Shown: positions 45,509 to 55,074 of the stretch, in pieces
Layout of the letters: every line of letters begins with the position of its first letter
Position numbering within the stretch: the first letter of the stretch is position 1
Made by a program: the position numbers and the translations under genes
Origin: a virus
Taxonomy: Duplodnaviria; Caudoviricetes
Virus record (IMG/VR): IMGVR_UViG_3300025120_010521
Length of the DNA stretch: 64,000 nt
Strand: one strand, 5' to 3'
Notes under the pieces: generated by a model
The model's database searches: none
What the model saw: only the letters and a program-made list of their open reading frames with translations
Told to the model about the DNA's origin: nothing

Positions 45509-48500
45509 TTAGCCTCCCATTACCACTTGTACCCATGCATGAGTGACTGTACCAAACGATCTTGATGCTCCTGAGTCACCTTCTGACGCTTTGATTTTTA
45601 TTGAACCAAATGATCCAAATGCTGTTGGTGATCCTGATGATCCTCCGCCTGGTATTTCTCTCAATGTAATGTCTTTGTTTAGAGGCATCATTGTGTATTT
45701 GTTTGATGCATACACATAACCATATAGTGTAAGACTTGCTGGTGGATAACTGTAACCTGTAAAGTTAATTGTTATGTCACCACCTGATGCTGAATCAATT
45801 GATACACTTGATATACCTGATGATGTATCTGTTATACTTGATAATGTACCATTTGTTGCATAATTAATTTTAAACATTTCAACTGCTGTTGAACCACCGC
45901 CACCTGATATAGTTGTAAAAGATAATTGTCCTGAACCATTTGTTACAAGTGCCTGTCCTGATGTACCATCTGTGATAGCCGCCGGTGATGCTGTAGCAAA
46001 CACTGGTAAGTGTCCTGAAGCATCTGGTAAGTTGATTGTTCTGTCTGCTGTTGGATCAACTGCTTGAAGTTTTGTTTCGTTGTTGTCTGCTGTTGAACCT
46101 TCAAAAGCAATACTTGTAATACTGTTAATGTCTGATGCTAAACTTAATGTAACATTGTTTGCGGCAATGCCTGCATTAATTTGTCCAGTAGTTCCTAAGA
46201 ACGTTAGTGTTTCTGTAGCAGTGTTGAATGTGTGTGTACCAGTGTTACCTGCAAGGCCGAATGTTCCGCCTCCGCCACCATCTGTTTTCCATTTAAATGA
46301 AGTTGATGAATGATCGTAGTATAGTATCTTGCCATCATCACCTCCAGCTACTGCGTCAACATCACTTAATGTTGTTAAGCCTGCCGCCGCTATTCTGGCA
46401 TCTGCTCTTGCGTTCGTGTAGTATAAGTTAGAACCTTCTGCTACATCACCTGTGTCTTTTGCCGCTAGTCTTGTGTCAAATGCTGAGTTGTCAAATAACG
46501 TTGTGTTACCTGCAAGTGCTGTTGTAGAACTTGTACCTAATTGTAATGAGTCTGTAATTCCGTAACCTGCTATTGTACTTGGCTTGCCTGTTAGTGAAGC
46601 AAATGATTGTGCTGGTACTGATGTTAAGTAACCTGCACTTGCATGATTGCCCCAACCATATGCTGTATCCCAATTACTTGAGTTTGATGTTGATGAATCA
46701 ACATAAGCCTTGATTGATTGTTGCGTTGCTACTTTTGTATTTGAATCAGACGCCATATTGTCTTCATCTAGTGTTGCCGCTGTAATTCTAGCATCTGCTC
46801 TTACGTCAGTATAGTATAGGTTTGTGCCTTCACTTAAATTTGTTGTTGTTGATGAAGTTTCATCTAATAACTTGATCCAGTTACCACCGTGTGCAAAATA
46901 ACCTTTGCCTGTGCCGTGTACGTGTGCAAACATACCGTGATATGTTGAAGCATTTGGTAATGCGGCCTCATTTGAATATGGTGCCGTCCATTTTAAGTAA
47001 TCGTTATCTGAACCATCTATTTTAACGTTTGCAGAAAGTATAACATCACCTGTACCATGTGTTGCTAGTGTAATGTTACCATTTGATGCTGTTGTTGAAA
47101 TTGATAATGCACCTGCCGCCGACACACTTGGTGAAGCACCTGCTGTTGTTACTGACCCTACTGTTAATGCATCTGTTGTTTTGTTGTAAGTAAAGCCACC
47201 ATCAGCACCCATTACACCACTGTCATTAAACTGTACGTATGTATCTGAACCAGCCGCCGAAGCCGCCGTTACTGTTACGTTCTCCCATTTAGATGTTCCT
47301 GTGTTGTATTTCAAGAACTGGTTGTTTTGAAGTGATGCTATCGTAACATCATTCATTTCACTTAATTCGTTTTCACTTGCTACCTGTGAGTCAACGTATG
47401 CTTTAACTGATTGCTGTGATGGAAGTCTAGTAGCACTGTCTGATGCCATGTTGTCTTCATCAATCAATGCATTTGTAATTCTTGCATCTGCTCTTGCATC
47501 TGTGTAGTATAAGTTAGTACCTTCTGATAGGTTAGTTGTTGATTTAGTTGCTAATCTTGTATCAAATGCCGAGTTTGCTCTAGCATCTGTATAGTAAAGA
47601 TTTGAACCTTCAGTTAGGTTGGCTGTTGTTTTAGTTGCCAATCTGTTATCAAAATCTGTGTTTGTGTAGCCTGCGTTAGTAACCCAAGCATAGTCCGAAC
47701 CATTCCAACTCAATACATATCCTGATGTTGGATTTGATTGATTTAGATGTGCATCAATTGACGCATTAAGGTCTGTGATTCCGTAACCAGATATCGTAGT
47801 TGGCTTGCCTGTTAGTGAAGCAAATGATTGAGCTGGTACTGAAGTCAAGTAACCCGCACTTGCGTGGTTGCCCCAACCGTATGCTGTGTCCCAATTCGTA
47901 ACTTTTGCACCTGTTACACCTGCGTTAGTAATTCTTGCGTCTGCTCTTGCATTAGTAAAGTATAAGTTTGAACCTTCTGCTACATCACCTGTGTCTTTAC
48001 TTGCTAATCTTGTGTCAAATGCTGAGTTGTCAAATAATGTTGGTTTGCCAGTTAAGTCGGCATAAGCACCACTGAATGAATCTGTAATTCCATAACCTGC
48101 TATCGTAGTTGGTTTACTTGTTAAACTAGCAAAAACTCCGTCAAACAATGCTGTATTACCTGCAAGTGCTGTTGTGGCACTTGTACCTATTTGTAATGAA
48201 TCTGTAATTCCATAACCTGCTATCGTAGTTGGTTTACCTGTTAGTGAAGCAAATGACTGAGCTGGTACACTTGTTAAGTATCCTGCACTTGCATGGTTAC
48301 CCCAACCATATGCTGTAATAAATTGTCCTAGGTTTGTATCAGTTAATACATTCGTACCCATATCAATTGTGTTACCATTAGCATCTAATGTTCCACCAAG
48401 TTGTGGAGTAGTATCATTAACTATATCTGTAATACCACCTGTACCATTTGCCACCCAAGCATAGTCTGAACCGTTCCAAGAAAGAACGTAACCACTTGTT

Positions 48501-50473
48501 GGACCACTTTGGTTTAGGTGTGCATCAACATCACTGTTAGTATAAGAACTTCCTGATGCATCTACTTTCCATTTAAATGAAGTTGATGAATGATCATAGT
48601 ATAAAACTTTTCCATCGTCGCCTGCCAATACTGCATCAACGTTTGATAAATCTGTTAGTGATGCCGCTTGTACTCTAGCATCTGCTCTTGCGTTTGTATA
48701 ATATAAATTTGTTGCTTCTGGAATATCTGCTGTTGATACTTGGTTTGCACCTGTACCAAAATCAATATGCGTGTCATTAATTGAGTCTGCCGCAATTGAT
48801 GTTAAGTAACCTGCACTTGCATGATTACCCCAACCATATGCTGTGTTCCAGTTTGCTGAACCTAATGCTAAAACTCTTGCGTTTACTCTTGCATCAGTAT
48901 AGTAAAGGTTTGACCCTTCTGTTAAATTTGTTGTAGACTTACTTGCTAGTCTTGTATCAAAATCTGAATCAGTATAACCTGCGTTAGTTACCCAAGCATA
49001 ATCTGATCCATTCCAACTTAATACATATCCTGAAGTTGGATTTGATTGATTTAAATGTGTGTCTACATCTGAGTTCGTATAACCTGCTGGCATATTTGTA
49101 AGTGCTGAACCATCCACTGCTGGTAGTTTAGCTGAACCATCTAGTTGTACAATTTTACCTGCACTTGTACCAACGTCAACGTTTAATGTTGCTGAACCCG
49201 ATGTTGCACCGCCTGTTAAACCTGTGCCGGCAACAACTGCTGTAATATCTCCTGCACCTGTGCTTGATGGTGCCCATCTACTGTTTCCAGAATCCCATGC
49301 AAGTACTTCTCCATTGTTTGGAGCCGCTGTGTGTACATTTGATAAATCACTTATCTGTGCCGCACCAATACGTGCATCTGCTCTTGCATTTGTATAATAT
49401 AAATTTGTACCCTCTGATACATCTGAAGTTGACTTGCCTGATAGTCTTGTATCAAATGTAGTATTAAAATCTGCTGTTGCTAGTTTTGTTGCAATTGAAT
49501 TTGTTATTGTTGTTGAAAAGTTTGCATCATCACCTAGCGCCGCCGCTAATTCGTTTAATGTATCTAATGTGCCTGGAGCTGAATCAACAAGTGCATCAAT
49601 TTTTGCCTGTGCTCTTGCATCTGCTCTTGCATCTGTATAATATAAATTTGTACCTTCAGCAACGTCTGTTGTAGTTAAAGTATCAAACTCTATTGCGTTT
49701 GCACCTGAATTAACTTTTAAATATTTTCCTGCGTCACCTGTAAAGTTACCTGGAGTATCTGATAGACCAACGAAAGTAGATGAACCACCTCCACCGCCAC
49801 CTGAGTCAACACCAATTTCCCAATTAGTTGTTGATGAGTTATATTTTAAAACTGAACCGTTTACTGCACCTGCTACATCTACGTCACCTATGTTTGCAAT
49901 TGAATCAATTGATCCTGCCACTGAAGCTCTACCATAAAAATTATCTGCATAAATGTTTAACCATTTGTATGAGTTAGAACCTAATGAGTATGTACTGTCT
50001 GTGTCTGGTAATTGGTGTGCATTATTTTTTAATGTATTTGCATCAACTTCTGCTTTTGAATAAACTGATAAATTTGTTCTTGCTGTTGCTAAATTTGTAA
50101 CTGATGCTAAATTGTCTGATTTTCTTAAAAAGTCTGAAGCCGCTACACCACCTAATTTACCTGCGTCAACATTGGCATTAAGTTGTAGTGTTAAATCGTT
50201 TGAATTTGATATAACAGTTATACCTGAATCTACATTTCCTATTATTGATTTTAACTGTAGGTTATCACTTGATTTACTTGTGAATAAACCAGAACCTGTA
50301 CCTAAATTTAGTGCTGTTGTATCATTTGATGCTGTAATAGTAATATTGTTACTATCAGCTGTTAGTGTTACATTTGTACCTGCAACAAGTGATTTAAATT
50401 GTAGATCATCACCTACTTTTTGTGCAAAAATCCCTTGTCCTGTACCTAAGTTTGACGCTGTGTTATCAGACAT
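45509..50473 (-). CDS. Long tail-fibre-like protein built from shuffled repeats
   Basis: 1654 aa; 9x E[GA][ST]NLY[YF]T[DN]xR, 4x TAYGWGNHASAGYLTS, 3x HLNQSxPTSGYVLSWNGSDYAWV, APGTLDTLNELAAALGDD motif. Confidence 0.8.
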   Translation of the reverse strand: MSDNTASNLGTGQGIFAQKVGDDLQFKSLVAGTNVTLTADSNNITITASNDTTALNLGTGSGLFTSKSSDNLQLKSIIGNVDSGITVISNSNDLTLQLNANVDAGKLGGVAASDFLRKSDNLASVTNLATARTNLSVYSKAEVDANTLKNNAHQLPDTDSTYSLGSNSYKWLNIYADNFYGRASVAGSIDSIANIGDVDVAGAVNGSVLKYNSSTTNWEIGVDSGGGGGGSSTFVGLSDTPGNFTGDAGKYLKVNSGANAIEFDTLTTTDVAEGTNLYYTDARADARAQAKIDALVDSAPGTLDTLNELAAALGDDANFSTTITNSIATKLATADFNTTFDTRLSGKSTSDVSEGTNLYYTNARADARIGAAQISDLSNVHTAAPNNGEVLAWDSGNSRWAPSSTGAGDITAVVAGTGLTGGATSGSATLNVDVGTSAGKIVQLDGSAKLPAVDGSALTNMPAGYTNSDVDTHLNQSNPTSGYVLSWNGSDYAWVTNAGYTDSDFDTRLASKSTTNLTEGSNLYYTDARVNARVLALGSANWNTAYGWGNHASAGYLTSIAADSINDTHIDFGTGANQVSTADIPEATNLYYTNARADARVQAASLTDLSNVDAVLAGDDGKVLYYDHSSTSFKWKVDASGSSYTNSDVDAHLNQSGPTSGYVLSWNGSDYAWVANGTGGITDIVNDTTPQLGGTLDANGNTIDMGTNVLTDTNLGQFITAYGWGNHASAGYLTSVPAQSFASLTGKPTTIAGYGITDSLQIGTSATTALAGNTALFDGVFASLTSKPTTIAGYGITDSFSGAYADLTGKPTLFDNSAFDTRLASKDTGDVAEGSNLYFTNARADARITNAGVTGAKVTNWDTAYGWGNHASAGYLTSVPAQSFASLTGKPTTISGYGITDLNASIDAHLNQSNPTSGYVLSWNGSDYAWVTNAGYTNTDFDNRLATKTTANLTEGSNLYYTDARANSAFDTRLATKSTTNLSEGTNLYYTDARADARITNALIDEDNMASDSATRLPSQQSVKAYVDSQVASENELSEMNDVTIASLQNNQFLKYNTGTSKWENVTVTAASAAGSDTYVQFNDSGVMGADGGFTYNKTTDALTVGSVTTAGASPSVSAAGALSISTTASNGNITLATHGTGDVILSANVKIDGSDNDYLKWTAPYSNEAALPNASTYHGMFAHVHGTGKGYFAHGGNWIKLLDETSSTTTNLSEGTNLYYTDVRADARITAATLDEDNMASDSNTKVATQQSIKAYVDSSTSNSSNWDTAYGWGNHASAGYLTSVPAQSFASLTGKPSTIAGYGITDSLQLGTSSTTALAGNTTLFDNSAFDTRLAAKDTGDVAEGSNLYYTNARADARIAAAGLTTLSDVDAVAGGDDGKILYYDHSSTSFKWKTDGGGGGTFGLAGNTGTHTFNTATETLTFLGTTGQINAGIAANNVTLSLASDINSITSIAFEGSTADNNETKLQAVDPTADRTINLPDASGHLPVFATASPAAITDGTSGQALVTNGSGQLSFTTISGGGGSTAVEMFKINYATNGTLSSITDTSSGISSVSIDSASGGDITINFTGYSYPPASLTLYGYVYASNKYTMMPLNKDITLREIPGGGSSGSPTAFGSFGSIKIKASEGDSGASRSFGTVTHAWVQVVMGG

Positions 50474-50529
50474 AATTCTCCATACCTTTACAAATATTTG
50501 TATTATATGTATTTATTATCAAACTGGAA

Positions 50530-50907
50530 TTAATGGTTCAAAAGAATTGAAGCAACTGCGCCTGCTGTAGCATTAAAAACTAATGCTTTAATATATACAT
50601 AGTTTCCAGTAAATGTGTATGCTGTAGTGCCTGTGTAAGTAGTAAACGACTGTAGGTTAGCACCATTTAGTGGTATTCTAAACCAATCATCAGCTGTTGG
50701 TGTTGTAGCTAATGTGGCTTCTAGAGCTAATGATCCCGTAAATACGTTACCTTTAAATGCGACTGTATGTAATCCGTCTGTAAATCCGTAATATGAATCT
50801 GCTGGAATGTTTGCTGATGTTATACTTGTTCCTGTATAACTCCATGGCAATGAAATTGAATTTCCTGCACTATCTTTTGCTAACATTTGTATACTGGTTC
50901 TTGACAT
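50530..50907 (-). CDS. Hypothetical (probably structural) protein
   Basis: 125 aa, beta-rich; GATAAATA 5 nt upstream of ATG. Confidence 0.6.
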   Translation of the reverse strand: MSRTSIQMLAKDSAGNSISLPWSYTGTSITSANIPADSYYGFTDGLHTVAFKGNVFTGSLALEATLATTPTADDWFRIPLNGANLQSFTTYTGTTAYTFTGNYVYIKALVFNATAGAVASILLNH

Positions 50908-50923
50908 ACTGTTATTTATCGTT

Positions 50924-52777
50924 TTAACCGAAAGTTACACCGCTGTTAACAACAACACCGCCTGATAGTGTCATTTGAATTGAAGCATCATTAATTGTTA
51001 ATGTATATGCTCTGTCTTCATAGTCGAACCCGTTAGTTGATCTAACTGTAAAGTTATATGATCCGCTTGATGAAGGATCTGGTGTGCCAGATAAAATACC
51101 TGAAGAACTTAATGTTATTCCGCTTGGTATAGTTCCAGTCTCTATTGAATGTGTTACTGTGTGCAATTGTTCCGATGCTGAATTTCTAAAAGTAGAAGAT
51201 ATGTCATAACTTTGATTTGTACCTTCATTTAAACTTCCTAAAGATCCTGCACCAGTATTCCAAGTAATTGTGTAATCTTGATAAGGTTGATAAGCTCTAT
51301 TTAGATTTGATAGTGCATATCCACTAATTGCATTGTCAATATCACCATTACCTTGAATAAATGTTTTTGCTGAAATTTGATTGTCTTTTGTTGATACTGC
51401 CCCAAACGTACTTGAATCTGTATCAAAGTAACAAGCAACTAATCCTGCTACCTGTGGCGATGCCATCGACGTTCCTTGTAATTTATTTAGATAAAATCCT
51501 GTTGCACCAATTTGTTGTGCTGAACCAGAATTTATATATGCACTAATAATTCTTGTACCAGGGGCCCATACTGTTAATGGTTCTCCGTAGTTTGAAAATG
51601 ATGCTTTTGCAAGATTGGTGTCATGTGCCATAACACTTATATCGTGTCTTGTTGATGTTCCTGATTCTATCCAAGCATTTGATGGCGACTGTCCATTATT
51701 AGTTGCTTGAAAATAAATTGTATTTCCATAACTACCGCTTGGAGGTGCACCAGGTGTTCCTGTTCTTGAACCCGTACCATGTACATTTGGATCATGTGCT
51801 GATGCATCTTCTTTGTAAATTTTTTCATTAGTTCCATAGCCCAAGTCATTGCCTGAATCAAAGAAATACCAATAACCTGAATTCCAACCTGACTCTGTTG
51901 AATCATAAACTCTCTCATTGTCATTACCTGCTGATGAAACTGTTACTATTCCTGCGTTGTGCATATTTTTAACAAGTGTATCATAAGAGCTTGATCTTGC
52001 CATATGATATTGACTGCTAGGAATATTACTTGCGTCCCATGATGCAGGATTAATAAAATGTGAAGGATGGTTTGGTGGATAGTAAGTTGACGTTGCCCAA
52101 CTCATGTTTACCACTGTTGGTTTACCTGTGCCTTTTGAATTATGCCAAGTAGTAATGTACCCCATTGAACTTGCTGAGTATCCATAACTAACACTGCCTA
52201 AATTTGTAGTGAAAGGATAAATTTGTGCATCTCTGGCCCACCCTTGTGTTCTACCTGCTACTGTGCCTGCAACGTGTGTTCCGTGTCCGTTTGAGTCTGT
52301 ATAAAAATTAGCACCTTGTGATCCGCCCCAACTGATTTGATTTATTCTTGATGATGAGTTAGACGACAAGTCATTGAATTCTGGATGTCCTACAACAATA
52401 CCTGTATCCATGATAACACAATCAACATTCGCACCTGTTTGTGAATATGTAAAGTTAGTTGATAGTGTTGTACTGTTTTGGGTCATTTGTGCAAGTCCCC
52501 AATTATGATATGATGTGTTTACTGTTGATGTTGTGTTTGGATTTATAGTTGCTGATGCATCAACATCAAATTTTAATTTCTTTTCGTAATCCTCACTGTT
52601 TGCACCTGCTACTTTTTCTGAATTTAACCATTTGTCAAACTGTGCTCTATCAGTCATTTCTGCCCAAATAATTTCAGGAATAGAAGCATCTGTGATAGTT
52701 ATACCATCAGCTTCTAATTCAATAATTAGCTGGTCTTTTGTAATAATATCTAAGTTAGGTACAATTAGTGCTTTCAT
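50924..52777 (-). CDS. Subtilisin-like S8 serine protease with C-terminal Ig-like (He_PIG-type) domain
   Basis: Triad MDTG, HGTHVAG, GTSMASPQVAG; C-terminal GTIPSGITLSSSGILSGTP. Confidence 0.9.
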   Translation of the reverse strand: MKALIVPNLDIITKDQLIIELEADGITITDASIPEIIWAEMTDRAQFDKWLNSEKVAGANSEDYEKKLKFDVDASATINPNTTSTVNTSYHNWGLAQMTQNSTTLSTNFTYSQTGANVDCVIMDTGIVVGHPEFNDLSSNSSSRINQISWGGSQGANFYTDSNGHGTHVAGTVAGRTQGWARDAQIYPFTTNLGSVSYGYSASSMGYITTWHNSKGTGKPTVVNMSWATSTYYPPNHPSHFINPASWDASNIPSSQYHMARSSSYDTLVKNMHNAGIVTVSSAGNDNERVYDSTESGWNSGYWYFFDSGNDLGYGTNEKIYKEDASAHDPNVHGTGSRTGTPGAPPSGSYGNTIYFQATNNGQSPSNAWIESGTSTRHDISVMAHDTNLAKASFSNYGEPLTVWAPGTRIISAYINSGSAQQIGATGFYLNKLQGTSMASPQVAGLVACYFDTDSSTFGAVSTKDNQISAKTFIQGNGDIDNAISGYALSNLNRAYQPYQDYTITWNTGAGSLGSLNEGTNQSYDISSTFRNSASEQLHTVTHSIETGTIPSGITLSSSGILSGTPDPSSSGSYNFTVRSTNGFDYEDRAYTLTINDASIQMTLSGGVVVNSGVTFG

Positions 52778-52786
52778 ATGTTTATC

Positions 52787-52842
52787 CTAGTATATGGCAC
52801 CTTAAAACTGGACTAAGACGCCATTATATACTAGTATTTATA
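52787..52842 (-). promoter_or_regulatory. TATAAATA late promoter followed by a long 5'-UTR hairpin
   Basis: TATAAATA 52835-52842; CTAGTATA..TGGCGTCTTA-loop-TAAGGTGCCA-TATACTAG abutting the AGGA SD. Confidence 0.6.
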
Positions 52843-52844
52843 AA

Positions 52845-53000
52845 CTATATTCCTTGCATACGATCATCTTTAGATAACAAGTTTTTTTTGGCTTTTGGCC
52901 TAGCAACAGAGTCTTGTGAGCGTTTTCGTAAAATTGCTTTAGCACTGATTTTGCGTTTTAGATCTGCTAAGGGTTTCTTTAAATCCCATTTAAAGTTCAT
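52845..53000 (-). CDS. 51-aa basic peptide downstream of the riboswitch, not in ORF track
   Basis: MNFKWDLKKPLADLKRKISAKAILRKRSQDSVARPKAKKNLLSKDDRMQGI; strong SD AAGGAGG. Confidence 0.75.
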   Translation of the reverse strand: MNFKWDLKKPLADLKRKISAKAILRKRSQDSVARPKAKKNLLSKDDRMQGI

Positions 53001-53028
53001 ATCACCCTCCTTATGTTAAAAGTTAGGT

Positions 53029-53071
53029 GCGTTCCTTCGCTTATGCTACTTCCGTCCCATTGGGATGAACG
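53029..53071 (-). ncRNA. glnA-type (glutamine-I) riboswitch aptamer
   Basis: CGTTC-A-TCCC(AAT)GGGA-CGGAAGTA-GC(ATAA)GC-GAAG-GAACG-C: P1 CGTTC/GAACG, P2, E-loop GGAAGTA/GAAG and short P3 match the glnA consensus. Confidence 0.8.
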
Positions 53072-53081
53072 ATTGTACTAG

Positions 53082-53089
53082 TATTTATA
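53082..53089 (-). promoter_or_regulatory. T4-type late promoter TATAAATA driving the riboswitch transcript
   Basis: Exact TATAAATA ending 10 nt upstream of the aptamer. Confidence 0.6.
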
Positions 53090-54092
53090 TACATAAAGTT
53101 TCAAATTGTAGCATTAATCTATTTTCATTACCTATTCCACCATCGCCTTGTAATTTGAATGGTTTTGCCATATGGTATCTTTTGTTGTCCCAACTAATTA
53201 ATGTTCCTGGTTGACCAAAATATAAGATTTTATTTAATGATAACCCACTTAATTTTTCTATTGGAAATTGTTGTTTAAATCTACCTATTATGTTTGGGTT
53301 TGTTATAGGCTTCATCATCTCCATATAGTCCTTATGGGGGAAAGGTTTGTTAGTTAATCCTCTTACATATTCACCAAATCTTTCAAATAAGCCATTGTCA
53401 TCTTTACACCAAGTTATGCAAGGTCTTTTCATTTCATCGAGATTATCAACATTATTAACTATATCATAATATGTACTATATGGAAACCATTGGTCAAATA
53501 TAATTGTAGCTTTGTCTGGTTGTGCATCTAAGTTTACTAACCCTTGATGTGCATATTTAAAATATTCTACAGGATCATATTCTTGTTTTAAATATTTTGG
53601 ATGATGTTTTGGTCTTGGTGATTTATTTTTTAATTTTTGAAAGATGTCTTGACCATCACAATGAATTTTTAATGATGACCCAAAATTGTGAAATGCAACA
53701 TCAACAACCTTAGCAGGTCTGCCTATTTCTTCAAATCTTTTTTCCATTATACTAATAGTATCTTTTAGCCAGTTGTTATATTTTTGTATAAATTCAAATC
53801 CATCATCTTTGTGCCAAAAATCTAACTGTACTCTTTTTTCTTTACTATGTTTTTCTTTATTTCTAATAGCTGAAACAATTTGACTCCATACTACATCCGG
53901 TGTTCCTTTTCTACTAAAATTTGCTTCTTCTATTCTCATGTATGACTTATCATGGTCAAATTTTTCAATTTTGTTTAATACATCATTATACAATTTCCAA
54001 TATCCATCAGTGACAAATTTTAATTCTGATTCATTAAAAAAATTTGGATACTGCAAAGAGTCATATAGATTTTCATTATAAAATTTATTCAT
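53085..54092 (-). CDS. Putative 2OG-Fe(II)/cupin oxygenase
   Basis: LKIHCDG...ISWDNKRYHMAK...RLML. Confidence 0.45.
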   Translation of the reverse strand: MNKFYNENLYDSLQYPNFFNESELKFVTDGYWKLYNDVLNKIEKFDHDKSYMRIEEANFSRKGTPDVVWSQIVSAIRNKEKHSKEKRVQLDFWHKDDGFEFIQKYNNWLKDTISIMEKRFEEIGRPAKVVDVAFHNFGSSLKIHCDGQDIFQKLKNKSPRPKHHPKYLKQEYDPVEYFKYAHQGLVNLDAQPDKATIIFDQWFPYSTYYDIVNNVDNLDEMKRPCITWCKDDNGLFERFGEYVRGLTNKPFPHKDYMEMMKPITNPNIIGRFKQQFPIEKLSGLSLNKILYFGQPGTLISWDNKRYHMAKPFKLQGDGGIGNENRLMLQFETLCI

Positions 54093-55026
54093 TACAGTCC
54101 TTAACAGTTATATTTGGAAAAGGCTTATCTTCTAATCCAGATGTATTTTCTAATACATTAATTTTAAATTCTATTTTACTAGAACTTATTTCTTGTAAAT
54201 TTACTATCCTTTGATAATAACTATGAGAGCCAGTAAATGGTCTATTAGGATGATTTGTCATTACATAATCTTTATCTAAAGTAGCATTAAAATATAACAT
54301 TGCGTTATCGTTAATTGATGGCTTTGTTTTAAAATCAACCACAGATTTAATATATGCGTTATCATATAAATCTAAATCATCAATAGTTTTAAATTTAAAT
54401 AAGGTATGATCAGACTCTGATTGAGAAAGTTTATAATAGAACTCCGTAGTATCGTCGCCACCTACAAAGTAGGCTGTATCTAATAAATCATTTGGTAATA
54501 ATGATTTTAATATTTCTAACTTAACTGGTGCCTGAACACAGAAATCTAGATCTTTTTGTTTAGGTACTATATAATTGCCATATGCTTTTAATTCAAATTG
54601 TTCAGGTATTTGTTTTGGAACATTATATCTTTTAACAAAATCTAAAAAATCGTACAACATTCTACTTTCAAAAAGATGATCACCAATACATTCAGAAATG
54701 ATTAGATCCACTTTTAAATTAGATTTTTCTTTTAAAAAGGATTGGCTTGTTCCTACATATACTTCTATAATATCTTGCATGTTGTTTATTTTTATATTGT
54801 GTTTAAGCTGTTCTGCTACAATTAGATCTTCTTCAATTGCGTAAACTTTTTTTGCACCAAAATGTGCGGCAATTATTCCAAGTACTCCAGTTCCTGCACC
54901 AAAGTCAATAACCGTATCTCCTTTGGTAACTTTGTTTTCAATTGCTTTAAAATATAAAGACATTCTGTAACTGTCGTTAACCATAATGTCGTGTGATATA
55001 GAATTTATATACTTGCCTTTAAACAT
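54085..55026 (-). CDS. PRMT-like class I SAM-dependent methyltransferase
   Basis: HDIMVNDSYRM, VIDFGAGTG, KKVYAIE, VDLIISECIG...FE (double-E loop). Confidence 0.75.
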   Translation of the reverse strand: MFKGKYINSISHDIMVNDSYRMSLYFKAIENKVTKGDTVIDFGAGTGVLGIIAAHFGAKKVYAIEEDLIVAEQLKHNIKINNMQDIIEVYVGTSQSFLKEKSNLKVDLIISECIGDHLFESRMLYDFLDFVKRYNVPKQIPEQFELKAYGNYIVPKQKDLDFCVQAPVKLEILKSLLPNDLLDTAYFVGGDDTTEFYYKLSQSESDHTLFKFKTIDDLDLYDNAYIKSVVDFKTKPSINDNAMLYFNATLDKDYVMTNHPNRPFTGSHSYYQRIVNLQEISSSKIEFKINVLENTSGLEDKPFPNITVKDCNE

Positions 55027-55074
55027 TGTTTCTCTCTTTTAATAATATATATAACTATTTATTTTGGCCATAAA

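Noticed and set aside
45509-50473. Interspersed direct DNA repeats that might resemble a CRISPR array or DGR template
   Set aside because: Repeats are in-frame protein modules with synonymous variation and irregular spacing; no cas or reverse transcriptase gene nearby.
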